This document shows positions 1 through 9,565 of a stretch of 64,000 nt of DNA, one piece after another; positions within the stretch are counted from its first letter, which is position 1; each line of letters begins with the position of its first letter. This stretch comes from Andalucia godoyi And28 (lineage: Eukaryota > Protista > Jakobida): the NCBI GenBank assembly GCA_009859145.1, contig VRVR01000006.1:119335-183334 (forward strand), read 5' to 3'. The position numbers and the translations under genes were made by a program. The notes below the pieces were generated by a model that saw only the letters and a program-made list of their open reading frames with translations, searched no databases and was not told the DNA's origin.

Positions 1-193
1 GGCAAAATCTTCGAAAGACTTCGTTTTCTTCTTCGACATTTGCCGTCTGAGATTCAAGCGACGCAACGGCTGCTTGAAGAGACTCAAAGTCCATTTCTTC
101 CGGAACGACGTTGGCAAAAACCGTCGATGATTCCGAGTGTGTGGGAGAAGGCAGCGCAGAAGACCGCCTCGATCGATCCTCATGATACGACAT
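1..193 (-). CDS. 5' part of a coiled-coil protein running off the window (possibly CCDC113/CFAP263-like)
   Basis: Manual translation from ATG at 193: MSYHEDRSRRSSALPSPTHSESSTVFANVVPEEMDFESLQAAVASLESQTANVEEENEVFRRFC, open to the window edge. Absent from the ORF track because there is no stop in the window. The heptad LxxxVxxLExxxxxxxEENEVF resembles CCDC113 N-termini (weak). Confidence 0.55.
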   Translation of the reverse strand, partial: MSYHEDRSRRSSALPSPTHSESSTVFANVVPEEMDFESLQAAVASLESQTANVEEENEVFRRFC

Positions 194-503
194 ATTCTCT
201 CTGCTTTTTTAGTCTCTTGTTTCTTCTCTTGGCTTCGCTACACACCCACTTGTTGTTGTTCTCTGGTTCCCAACAGCTAATTTACAAAAAGACGCTATGT
301 TTTCTCTCCTTTGTTCTTGTGGAATTATTTCTAAAAAATGGAAGACGGACATCATGAATGAAGAAGAAAACAAAAGGACTCCACATATCATCATCTCATG
401 CGGAAAATAATTGTGTGAAAATCACGAAAAGGACACCTAACCGCCGCGACTACGGCAGCTGAGACACTTTAACGCTTTCTATCAGAATCACGCCCGCTGA
501 TTA

Positions 504-650
504 ACGCCTACATTGTACACTAACCACGGATAATCATCGCTGATCACCCATAATCCATGTTGCAACCCAAACAACATGCAGAGCATGATTGGGAAGGGGG
601 TAGGCCCCCAACACGCCCCCCGGCATGAGCGACGTCCCCAAGATAGATGT
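504..650 (-). ncRNA. Predicted omegaRNA scaffold (subfamily B)
   Basis: On the minus strand: a GGGGG-CCUA-CCCCC hairpin, a CAUGUUG/CAACAUG stem, a 15-bp G.U-rich stem with GCGA tetraloop (522-555), and a 3' GUAGGC complementary to hairpin GCCUAC. It lies between a TnpB C-terminal remnant and the element end. Confidence 0.65.
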
Positions 651-877
651 TGCGTTGCATGGACAATAAAAATAAAAATAAGAAATGAGTGTCGCTGTGC
701 GAGAATGCAGCGCGGCGGAGTGTTTATAGGGATTTCATGATCAAAATGGGGCGAAACGAATCGGGCATCGTGTGACGGAGTTGCTTAAGCTAACAGACGC
801 ATGCGCATGGCGCGTGGCAGTGTTTTTTGTTTGTGTGCGTTTTAGATTGCTTCATCATATCGCAATAAGTGGCAACG
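504..877 (-). mobile_element. Non-autonomous Fanzor2/TnpB-derived mini-element, subfamily B
   Basis: Right end ACGCCTACA at 504 is shared with 7495, 26351 and 63201. Positions 504-650 are near-identical to 63201-63345. The minus strand reads ATG CAA CGC AAC ATC TAT CTT (RNIYL, the tail of the TnpB RuvC-III motif). Putative left end CAACGG at 873-878 (minus CCGTTG) matches the 8053-8058 end. The left boundary is less certain than the right. Confidence 0.7.
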
Positions 878-1089
878 GCTCTGATCCACTGCGTTTGTGA
901 AGGTTATTCCATGTGTGCAGTCCAACCGGGTGTTGTCTTAATCATTATTTTTGTCCCAATCCTCCTAGAGCCATTTATTCTGGTGTGATTCATATTGGCT
1001 GAGGATCCACCTAGCGGTAGTGGTAATGGTACTGTTTCTTTTTTAAAAAAAATTACATCTACACAATACATGAACAGATGGAGCGGCTC

Positions 1090-2556
1090 TCAAGATGGCA
1101 CCTGTGCTGCATTGTCCTTGATCTTCTTCATTCTCTGCAACGCGAGGCGAACTGCGGTTTCGACATCATGCACAAGAAGCTCGACACCTGGCACGGACGT
1201 CATGAGTTTTGTGGTATCCAGGATGCAGCTCGCTCTCTTTTGGTCGGGCGACGGATCAACAGAAACCCACGATGCAGCCGGATCGACGATTTCCTTGTAC
1301 ATGTTCAGGATGTCGTCGTAGGAGATTGCACCAGGATTAACAAAGTTGAACGTGCCCGTGATGTTGTGCTTCATCATGTGAATCGCGGCAGGCACCAGCT
1401 CGTCGAGAACAGTGACCGAGGTAGTCGTCTTCATGATTTTCGCAAACCTGGTCAGCTTGGTCACGAGCGACTTGTCGTGCAAGTCACCGGTAATCGGATA
1501 CAGAGTACGAAGAGCCAATACGTGGTCTCCGAGACCAGAGAACTTCAGAAGCTGCTCCTCAAAGATCCTCAACTGGTAGTACGTGTGTGCCGGGCAGTTG
1601 GGCGTATCGGTCTCCGTGTAGACCTTATCTTCAACCCTCGAATCATACAGCGCGCCGGTTGTGATGAGCGTGCAGTGAATTCCTCGTTTTCTGCAGTCTT
1701 CTGCCAGCGCTAGCTGACATACCAAGTTGGAATCCATCGTCTCGGGAACGTGGGTCGAGCACCAGTCAATGTTCGGTTTGCCTGCAATTCCAGCACAGCA
1801 AACCACGTATTTGGGCTTACACGAATCGAGCATCTTGTCAATGAAATCTCTCTTTTGAAGACGCTCGTTCAGCACAAGGACGGACATCCCAGACGTTTTC
1901 AAGTGCTCCAAGAAGACTGATCCAATGTATCCACGGGTGCCCATGACTATCACATCCACCTTGCGAGGGACGTTCAGAACCCATTCCGAGAGCAGCGGTT
2001 CGAGATCCGCAAGCTTCCGGTTGTTCCTGTCCTTCTCTGAGATAATGGCATCCTCAATCGACGACAATCCAGCAGCAGCCAAGTCCCACAAATGCAGTGC
2101 AAGCGGGTCAAACACAGACATTTCAATGTCCTTTTCCAGGGCATACTCTCCACTTTGGATGTACACAATCTGCGAGTCATTTTCCAAAGAGAGAAATCCA
2201 TGTGCAACGCCTGGCGGAACCACAAGCAGATCTCCATTGGCGCTACGGATCACTTTACTCCACACCTTCTTGTACGACGGAGAGTCCGGGCGGATATCAA
2301 TGCACACATCCTGCACGCTTCCGGAGGCACACACAATCACTTTCCAGTACGGCGAGCAGTGGAATCCTCGCAGAACTCCGCGGTTCGAAGACGAAAACGT
2401 AAGCTGCTCACATGCAAACGTGTCCATCGTGCCCGCAAGCATCCTCGAGTGGCGGAAGAACTCGGACACATTCCCACGAACGTCGTTGTGAATGGCGCGA
2501 TGCGACACTCCATGACCTTCAATACACGACGGTTCAAACCCATGAGGAGCGGACAT
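1090..2556 (-). CDS. Fusion of dTDP-4-dehydrorhamnose 3,5-epimerase (RmlC) and NRS/ER-type (UER1/RHM C-terminal) 4-keto-reductase
   Basis: N-terminal cupin with D.RG, GVLRGFH, DVCIDIRPDSPSY, VPPGVAHGF. C-terminal SDR with GTRGYIG, CAGIAGKPNIDWC, YTETDTPN, LRTLYPI, GTFNFVNPG. Confidence 0.9.
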   Translation of the reverse strand: MSAPHGFEPSCIEGHGVSHRAIHNDVRGNVSEFFRHSRMLAGTMDTFACEQLTFSSSNRGVLRGFHCSPYWKVIVCASGSVQDVCIDIRPDSPSYKKVWSKVIRSANGDLLVVPPGVAHGFLSLENDSQIVYIQSGEYALEKDIEMSVFDPLALHLWDLAAAGLSSIEDAIISEKDRNNRKLADLEPLLSEWVLNVPRKVDVIVMGTRGYIGSVFLEHLKTSGMSVLVLNERLQKRDFIDKMLDSCKPKYVVCCAGIAGKPNIDWCSTHVPETMDSNLVCQLALAEDCRKRGIHCTLITTGALYDSRVEDKVYTETDTPNCPAHTYYQLRIFEEQLLKFSGLGDHVLALRTLYPITGDLHDKSLVTKLTRFAKIMKTTTSVTVLDELVPAAIHMMKHNITGTFNFVNPGAISYDDILNMYKEIVDPAASWVSVDPSPDQKRASCILDTTKLMTSVPGVELLVHDVETAVRLALQRMKKIKDNAAQVPS

Positions 2557-3165
2557 TTGTTATTTCTTCCAAGATTCGTACTTTCCTTTTCACGTTTCTT
2601 TCTTTGATTGACTCGGTCGGCTTCCCTGTGCTGCTTATTTATCTGTTTTCTGATTCTATTTTATTCTTTGTGGTCGAGAAGGATAATGCAGGGAGTGTCT
2701 GTGGTCTTTTTTTTTGGCACCTTGCAAGCTGCACGATAGCACGAGCACGTAAATCGACTCCACTACAGCTGCCAGCTCGAAGGGGACTGCCAAAAGCTTC
2801 TGTTGGGACACGGGACGCTTGTCGGGTTGAGACGTCTCTTCAGTCCCAGTGACGAGATGGGTGATGTTCGACAAAAAGAAAAAGAAAAGAAAAACAACAG
2901 AAAACAGCATACACATCGGAACGGATGCATGCATGTATATATTTGCTATTGGACGCTAATGGAGATGTCCAGGCGTACCTTACACAAACGAGCATGTATA
3001 GAAACGGGGGAAAAAACCAGAAATATATGCCACTTTCTTCCGTATGAGAAACACAAACGAAAAACGCGAAGAGGGGGAATTTCGAAAAGAAGAAGAAGAA
3101 GAGCATAACCGATCAAAAAAATAAATTCAAATATACATATGTATGATAAATTCAAAACTCAAGAC

Positions 3166-4104
3166 TCAAATCATGGACTGCGCCTGGATGCCTGCGCCTG
3201 GAGGCAGCTCATTTGCATATTCTGCAGAACGTGAAATGTCGATGATTCGAGAGCAACGTGCGCCAGCGTCATGGATGGCCTTTGTTTTTCTCTTTCCTGC
3301 GAAATCAGCGACCACGAAAAACAAAAAGGAAAGGAGGGCAATGACGCCGATGATAAAGAGAAGCACGAGGATGACAACGAGGATGGCTGCGCAGCCGTCA
3401 CCTGAGCCTCCGCCGCCGTCACAGCATTTGCAGTCTCCGCAATCGCATGAGGATCCTCTGCAGCAAGACACATCCGAGGTGTCACAGACTGTCACCGCAG
3501 CACCGCCACTGCTTGAAGATCCCCGGCATCCATAAACTGCTAGAGCACACAGAGTCACGAATCCAACAATGACTGTGATGATGAAAAACGAAGAAAGGTA
3601 CCGCAACATCCAGACAGGCGACGATTCTGGGAACACATTCCCGAGAAACGGATGTCCGTCGTCAGTTCGCGCCATGATGAGCATCAAGATGATAATCGGG
3701 ATGTGGAATCCGCCCAACAAAAGCAGCACGTCGCCGAGCATGCGTGTCCGGAGCGCACAGGGAGACAGTCCTCCGTTTTCCGGGACAGGCTTCTCGGTCT
3801 TGTACTCAAACCCGCAAACCTCACAATGTGAAAACCGATTTCGGGACACAAATGGCGCATACGTTTGAGAGGTGCGCCACGTGTCCAAACACTGGCGATG
3901 CGCCCACCTGCACTTGCAAGGCCGGATGAGATCGCATTCCGGATCGCTATCCAGACAGAACACACACGTCCTGTCGGTCTCCGAGGCCGAAAAATTGTGC
4001 GAATTCCCATCGCTGGCCATCACCATCACATGCGATGATGCGGGCTCCGGCTCAACAGAATCTTCAAACCGGACATGGCCGTTATGATTCGTCATGACCT
4101 CCAA
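3166..4104 (-). CDS. RING-CH (MARCH-type) membrane E3 ubiquitin ligase
   Basis: CVFC...PCKC..AHRQCLDTW...CEVCGFEY (C4HC3) followed by three hydrophobic segments and a Cys-rich linker. Confidence 0.85.
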   Translation of the reverse strand: MEVMTNHNGHVRFEDSVEPEPASSHVMVMASDGNSHNFSASETDRTCVFCLDSDPECDLIRPCKCRWAHRQCLDTWRTSQTYAPFVSRNRFSHCEVCGFEYKTEKPVPENGGLSPCALRTRMLGDVLLLLGGFHIPIIILMLIMARTDDGHPFLGNVFPESSPVWMLRYLSSFFIITVIVGFVTLCALAVYGCRGSSSSGGAAVTVCDTSDVSCCRGSSCDCGDCKCCDGGGGSGDGCAAILVVILVLLFIIGVIALLSFLFFVVADFAGKRKTKAIHDAGARCSRIIDISRSAEYANELPPGAGIQAQSMI

Positions 4105-4252
4105 GATTTAAAATAATTTCTAGGACTTGAATTAAAACTAAAAATGAACATGTTTAAAACTAAAAATCATGAAAACCAAACACAAATGGAAACATGCTAC
4201 AAACACAGAAAGTGATTCGTGGGAAACCTCTGAACCACCTTTCCCCTTCAAG

Positions 4253-4280
4253 GCATCAAGCATCAAGCATCAAGCATCAA
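4253..4280. repeat. (GCATCAA)x4 tandem repeat
   Basis: Direct reading. Confidence 0.85.
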
Positions 4281-4550
4281 AACAGGAGCAGCTAAGATGC
4301 GACTTCGGAGGATATCATGTGCTCGATGATGTCATCATCCATTTGTCAAAAGGAAAAGGATACCCAAACTTGAGCAATCGCAGTTCGCTCCAACTCTCCG
4401 TCTGCTTCGTTTAGTTTTTCTGCTTTCCTTTTGGTTTTTTTTTTTTTTGTTTTTGTTTTGCGATTTCTTGGATTCGTTCTTAAGCCATCCTTGTTTTGTT
4501 TGTTTGATTTTATTTTGTTTTTGCAAGTCAAATAGTCAAAGAAGAAAAAG

Positions 4551-6251
4551 ATGCTGCGCCGAACTGTTGCTTCGAATCTCCGGTTTTTTGCAACTGGAAA
4601 GGACATCAAGTATGGAGTGGAGGCACGTGATCTGATGCTTCGTGGCATCAACAAGCTTGCTGATGCTGTGCAGATCACTATGGGACCGAAAGGACGCAAT
4701 GTGATTATTGAGCAAGCATACGGGTCTCCAAAGATCACCAAGGATGGAGTGACTGTCGCGAAGAACATTGAGTTCCGCGACCGACACGAGAATCTTGGTG
4801 CGTCGCTTGTGCGAGGAGTTGCGTCCAAGACGAACGATGCTGCAGGTGATGGAACTACCACTGCGACGGTCTTGACTCGTGCAATCTTTTCAGAGGGCTG
4901 CAAGGCCGTGGCTGCAGGAATGAACCCCATGGACATCAAACGTGGAATTGACAAGGCAGTTGCGTCTGTTGTTGCACACCTGAAGTCACAGTCCAAGTCA
5001 ATCTCGTCAAAGGCGGAAATTGCACAGGTTGCAACCATCTCGGCAAACGGCGACACTGCAATCGGCGACTTGATCGCTACCGCAATGGAGCGCGTTGGAA
5101 AGGAAGGAGTCATCACAGTGTCGGACGGAAAGACCCTTGTTGATGAGCTCGAGGTTGTGGAGGGTATGAAGTTTGACCGTGGATTCATCTCCCCGTACTT
5201 CATCAACAATCCCAAGACCCAAAAGGTCGAGTTTGAGAACCCGCTGATCTTTGTCACCGACAAGAAGCTGTCGTCTCTCCAATCCATTCTTGGAGTGCTT
5301 GAGGAGGTTGTGCGCATGCAGCGCTCGCTCGTCATCATTGCAGAAGACGTCGACGCAGAGGCTCTGACCACTCTGGTTGTCAACAAGCTCCGCGGAGGAC
5401 TCAAGGTTGCTGCAGTCAAGGCCCCCGGTTTTGGCGACAATCGAAAGGCAAACTTGCAGGATATTGCAGTTCTGACTGGAGCCCAGGTCTTGTCGGAGGA
5501 AGTCGGCATGAAGGTTGAAGAAGCCAATGCAGGCATGCTCGGAACGTGCAAGAAGATCACAATCTCCAAGGACGACACCATCATTCTGAACGGTGGCGGA
5601 GATGCACAGGCACAGCGCGAGCGTGTTGAGCAGATCAAGGACGCAATCAATCTGACCACCTCAGAGTATGAAAAGGAGAAGCTGCAGGAACGCTTGGCCA
5701 AGCTGAATGGAGGTGTTGCCGTCATCAAGGTTGGCGGCGCCTCCGAGGTAGAGGTTGGCGAGAAGAAGGACCGTATTATCGATGCTCTCAACGCAACTCG
5801 AGCTGCCGTCGAGGAAGGCATCGTTGCTGGTGGAGGATCTGCACTTTTGTATGCGTCTCGCGAGCTCGACAAGCTCCAGGGCGAGAACTTCGACCAGGGT
5901 GTTGGCCTCAAGGTGATCCGCAATGCCATCCGTGTTCCTGCACGCACCATCTGCGACAATGCAGGCCATGAAGGCGCCGTTGTTGTCCAGAACATTCTCT
6001 CTCACCAGGGCTCGTTCTCCTATGGATTCAACGCCGCAACTGGCGAGTATGTCGATATGATCAAGAACGGTATCATCGACCCTGTCAAGGTTGTCCGCAC
6101 AGCTCTCTCTGACGCAGCATCCGTTTCGTCCCTGCTCACGACCACGGAGTGCATGATCGTGGACCTTCCGGAGGAGAAGACCGCCGCACCTGCTGCAGGC
6201 GGCATGGGTGGCATGGGAGGTATGGGAGGAATGGGAGGAGACATGTTCTAA
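4551..6251 (+). CDS. HSP60: Mitochondrial chaperonin 60
   Basis: [27 protein letters not shown]-terminal repeats, and an N-terminal basic targeting peptide [13 protein letters not shown]. Confidence 0.98.
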   Translation: MLRRTVASNLRFFATGKDIKYGVEARDLMLRGINKLADAVQITMGPKGRNVIIEQAYGSPKITKDGVTVAKNIEFRDRHENLGASLVRGVASKTNDAAGDGTTTATVLTRAIFSEGCKAVAAGMNPMDIKRGIDKAVASVVAHLKSQSKSISSKAEIAQVATISANGDTAIGDLIATAMERVGKEGVITVSDGKTLVDELEVVEGMKFDRGFISPYFINNPKTQKVEFENPLIFVTDKKLSSLQSILGVLEEVVRMQRSLVIIAEDVDAEALTTLVVNKLRGGLKVAAVKAPGFGDNRKANLQDIAVLTGAQVLSEEVGMKVEEANAGMLGTCKKITISKDDTIILNGGGDAQAQRERVEQIKDAINLTTSEYEKEKLQERLAKLNGGVAVIKVGGASEVEVGEKKDRIIDALNATRAAVEEGIVAGGGSALLYASRELDKLQGENFDQGVGLKVIRNAIRVPARTICDNAGHEGAVVVQNILSHQGSFSYGFNAATGEYVDMIKNGIIDPVKVVRTALSDAASVSSLLTTTECMIVDLPEEKTAAPAAGGMGGMGGMGGMGGDMF

Positions 6252-6395
6252 AAATCCGTCACCGTGTTGTTGTTGTTTTGGAATCCTGCGTGTTCTCAGC
6301 TGGAGATCCCGAAAACTCCATCCTTGTGCAACGAGAAATGAAGATACAGACGAAAATAAGAAAATAAAATTTGAATGACATAGCAAGGCACGCGC

Positions 6396-6429
<34 letters not shown>

Positions 6430-6430
6430 G
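6396..6430. repeat. (TGT)n microsatellite
   Basis: Direct reading, between convergent 3' ends. Confidence 0.9.
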
Positions 6431-6442
6431 ATGGGGGTTGGT

Positions 6443-7225
6443 TTACATGAAGGACCCGTCATCGTCGTCGTCTTCGGGTTTTCTGAACTTCGCATGGCTC
6501 AGATCAGACAGCAAGTCGTCGGAAACAACGGCTTTTTCCTTGACGCTGTTCGCAAGCTCAGTCGCTTGCTTTTGTTCCGAAACAGCACTTAACCCGCTTG
6601 CAATCCCCTTGATGTCCGCAGCACTCAGTCCCGCAGTAATCTTCTTCACAAGTCTCTCCACAAAACCCTTGTAGAGCGTCTTGTTCTTTCCAGACGCGAG
6701 AACCAAGGTCGCTACGCGGTCTTCAAACTCTGTAAACTCGGCTTCGGTCTCTGGAACAAACACCTCCAGTCGCACGCGGGCGAACGATCCTGCAAACTTC
6801 TCCGCTTCCTCAAGCTCGGCCTGTTGCTGCTCTCTTAAAATTCGTCTCTTTCGCGCATCGGCATCTTCCTCGGGTGCCTTTGGGCTGTTGCTCACTGCAG
6901 CCTCTGTCTTCGCAGCAGCTACTCCCACGGGCTTTGCCTGCTGCGCTTGGGATTGTGCCTGTTGCTTTCCTGCATTCTTGTTGCCAATACTGCTACTGTT
7001 AGGTGCACCAGTCTGCTTCTTTGCGTTATTAGACGCCGGGGCACCTTTGGAGTTAGAAGCGATCTTTGAACCGGCTCCAGCAGAAGCTGCAGAAGCTGCA
7101 TCGCCTCCGTCGTAATCATCCTCCCAATCATCGTCCTCGTCATCGTCGTCCTCGTCCTCGTAGTCCAAAGATCGACCTCGGCGATAATTATCAAGATCGT
7201 CAAATGCGTCGTTGCGGCGTGACAT
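6443..7225 (-). CDS. EIF3J: Translation initiation factor eIF3 subunit J
   Basis: Acidic DDWED N-terminus, RILREQQQAELEEAEKF, PETEAEFTEF, DIKGIASGL, acidic DDDGSFM end. Start taken at ATG 7225. Confidence 0.75.
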   Translation of the reverse strand: MSRRNDAFDDLDNYRRGRSLDYEDEDDDDEDDDWEDDYDGGDAASAASAGAGSKIASNSKGAPASNNAKKQTGAPNSSSIGNKNAGKQQAQSQAQQAKPVGVAAAKTEAAVSNSPKAPEEDADARKRRILREQQQAELEEAEKFAGSFARVRLEVFVPETEAEFTEFEDRVATLVLASGKNKTLYKGFVERLVKKITAGLSAADIKGIASGLSAVSEQKQATELANSVKEKAVVSDDLLSDLSHAKFRKPEDDDDDGSFM

Positions 7226-7494
7226 TTTCTCGCTGCAGACAAATATAAACTCTAGCTTCGGCTCAATATCCTCAAGTGAAGTTTCCCAGGAAATTAAGTA
7301 TCTTCTATTTAATAAAAACAATAATTAATTAAAAACAACAACACTTTCGCGTTCGTTTCTCCATGAAAGAAGAGTCATGTGAGCCTTCCCTTTCACGAAG
7401 TCTGCTGCATCAATTGATCCTGCGGGGAAAATGTCCCGCCAAGCTAAAAATCCAAAAAAGTCTAAAATCCGAAACAAGAATCACAAAAAGCAGG

Positions 7495-7612
7495 ACGCCT
7501 ACATTACACACTGAACATGCATATCTACGAATAGACACAGTCTTGCATCCCGTTGCCGGGAAGGGGTTAGGCCCCAACACGCCTCACGGTGTTCTTCAGA
7601 TAGATGTTCCGC
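7495..7612 (-). ncRNA. Predicted omegaRNA scaffold (subfamily A)
   Basis: GGGG-CCUAA-CCCC hairpin, CCCG-GCAA-CGGG (GNRA) hairpin, UGUCUA-UUCG-UAGAUA hairpin, and a 3' UAGGC complementary to loop GCCUA. Confidence 0.65.
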
Positions 7613-8057
7613 GCTCCGTTCCCAATCTCGATCAATCGGTGAGCCACTTTCTCAGCGTGACGCGTTGTTCCTGAGAAGGGTGTATTTTTTGATTCTGACG
7701 GCCTAGCAGCAGGCGTAGTGACACGTGGTCTCTTAGGAGGTCTGCGGGACCTAGGAGACCCTGGCATCGGGCGGCGTAGGCGTAGGCGAATGCGTCATCC
7801 CAGCGCACCCACGCCCACATTTGAATTAATAAAGTGAAACCAAAAAAAGTGAATCCAACGAATGATAGAATAGATGGCTACGGATGCTGCGTTAAAGAGC
7901 GTCGAAAATGCGGAGCCTGTGTCACCGGCTGAATTTTGGCCGAGCGTGCGTAAGCACGAATTCCAGTGAAGCAAACGTGCTAGTGTCGGCCAGTATTGAC
8001 CGTGTCTGCTTACGTATACTTCCGTATGCTTGACAAATAACGTGTTATTATTCAACG
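7495..8057 (-). mobile_element. Non-autonomous Fanzor2/TnpB-derived mini-element, subfamily A, copy 1
   Basis: Highly similar to 26351-26848 over its whole length, with unrelated flanks. The minus strand carries an HTH remnant (KIHPSQEQRVTLRKW) fused to a RuvC-III remnant (GSPIDRDW/NGARNIYLKN). ACG cores at 7495-7497 and 8055-8057. Confidence 0.88.
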
Positions 8058-8140
8058 GCTGCCGACTTTTCGGATTTGCGGTTAGTGCAAAAAGGACCAA
8101 GAAGGTTAACTGTTCAAGAAGGAGAGTTTTTTGAGGGATC

Positions 8141-8788
8141 ATGTCATCGTATACGCTGCTTTATTTTCCTGGAATTCAAGGCCGTGCGCGTCAGATTCGA
8201 TTGCTGTTAGCAGTTGCAAACCAAGAGTGGACTGAAGAACCGATTACCATTCGCCAACTTGTGAATGATACGTTTGCGGATCGGATTGCATATCGCCAAA
8301 TTCCTGTTCTCAAGGTAGACGGAGTGTGGGTATCGCAGTGCGGGGCAATCATGCAGCTCCTTGGAAAGAGACATGGGCTGCTTCCGTCTGCGGTGGGTGG
8401 TGCGGATGGAGACATCGTGGGGGCACAGGCTCTTGGATGTGTGCTGGCTGCCGAGGACTTTCGAGTCAGTTTGTACAAGGCCCAGTTCCACGCGCGAGAT
8501 CCAGCTACGAAGCAAAAAGAAACAGATGCGCTTGTCAGCACCCACATTCCACGGTGGTACAAGTCGTTTGCGAAAATCATTGCAGGAAATGGAAACCGGT
8601 TCGTCTGTGGAAGCTCGCTGTGCTATGCCGATCTCGCTGTGTACGACGTGATCCAAGCAACCGACGCATTCGTGGGTGGAAAGAACGCTCTCGATGCTTT
8701 TCCAGAGCTAAAAGAGTATGTTCGACGCATCGAAGCGATTCCGCAAGTCGCACGGTTTCTTGCTTCCGCTGCCGTTTCGAAGCTGTAA
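8141..8788 (+). CDS. Glutathione S-transferase (sigma/mu-like)
   Basis: YTLLYF..QGRARQIRLLL, QIPVLKVDG..SQCGAI, GSSLCYADLAVYD, FPELKEYVRRI. Confidence 0.92.
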   Translation: MSSYTLLYFPGIQGRARQIRLLLAVANQEWTEEPITIRQLVNDTFADRIAYRQIPVLKVDGVWVSQCGAIMQLLGKRHGLLPSAVGGADGDIVGAQALGCVLAAEDFRVSLYKAQFHARDPATKQKETDALVSTHIPRWYKSFAKIIAGNGNRFVCGSSLCYADLAVYDVIQATDAFVGGKNALDAFPELKEYVRRIEAIPQVARFLASAAVSKL

Positions 8789-9565
8789 ACATGTTCTTGC
8801 GAAGACCTTTGATCGGGCAATCCACTTCACAGTGAAAAATTACATATTACGTAATCATCCACAATTACTCTCTGTCATCACGGCAATCCACAAGCGTGTC
8901 GTTGTCTCTGACAGGCTTGTGTTTTTGTACGTTACTCCGTTCATACAGTCCAATGAAGTACACGGCTTGCACATGCAATCCACCAAACAACAACAAATTA
9001 CACCAAAGGAGACAGGATGAAAAGGACATATGCATTCACAAAGTCGTTATCGTGCCGGGGTCTTCCAGCATTTCTTACAGTGCTGAGATCACACTACTAT
9101 TTCGTCGTCGTCGTTGCTGCTTTGCTCTGTCACTCCGCAGCTGGAACTTGGCAGCACTCCCCCCATGCACGTAGGCTTCTCCCATAAGAACGGAGAAACC
9201 ACTCTCCGCTTTCGGGTGGAATCTGCTGTACCGAAAAAACAAAGCAGGGTCGGGGATGAAATTTCTGGGGTGCAATGACCCGCTCGTCGGCTTACCCACC
9301 GTGGGTGCTTACGCATATGTGCCATCACACGATCGTTACGAACTGCTGCAGCAAACCTGTTCTGCCACTACTGCATATATGGGGGTTTTGCTGTTTGCTT
9401 TCATCTTTCATCTTTTGTCTTCTTCGATTTTCCTTCGTTTTTCTGGCACCTTTCTCTTTCTTCTCTTTCTTCTCTTCTTTTCTTCTCACCCCACTGTTGA
9501 TTTGAACTTGCCTCATTATCGGCTTTTGTTTAGTCTTTTTAAAAACCTCGTAGTCACAAGAAGCA

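Noticed and set aside
40-357. Plus-strand 105-aa ORF
   Set aside because: Runs into a T-rich low-complexity tail; the minus-strand frame from ATG 193 looks more protein-like.
4346-5995. 549-aa antisense ORF over HSP60
   Set aside because: Same antisense codon-bias artefact.
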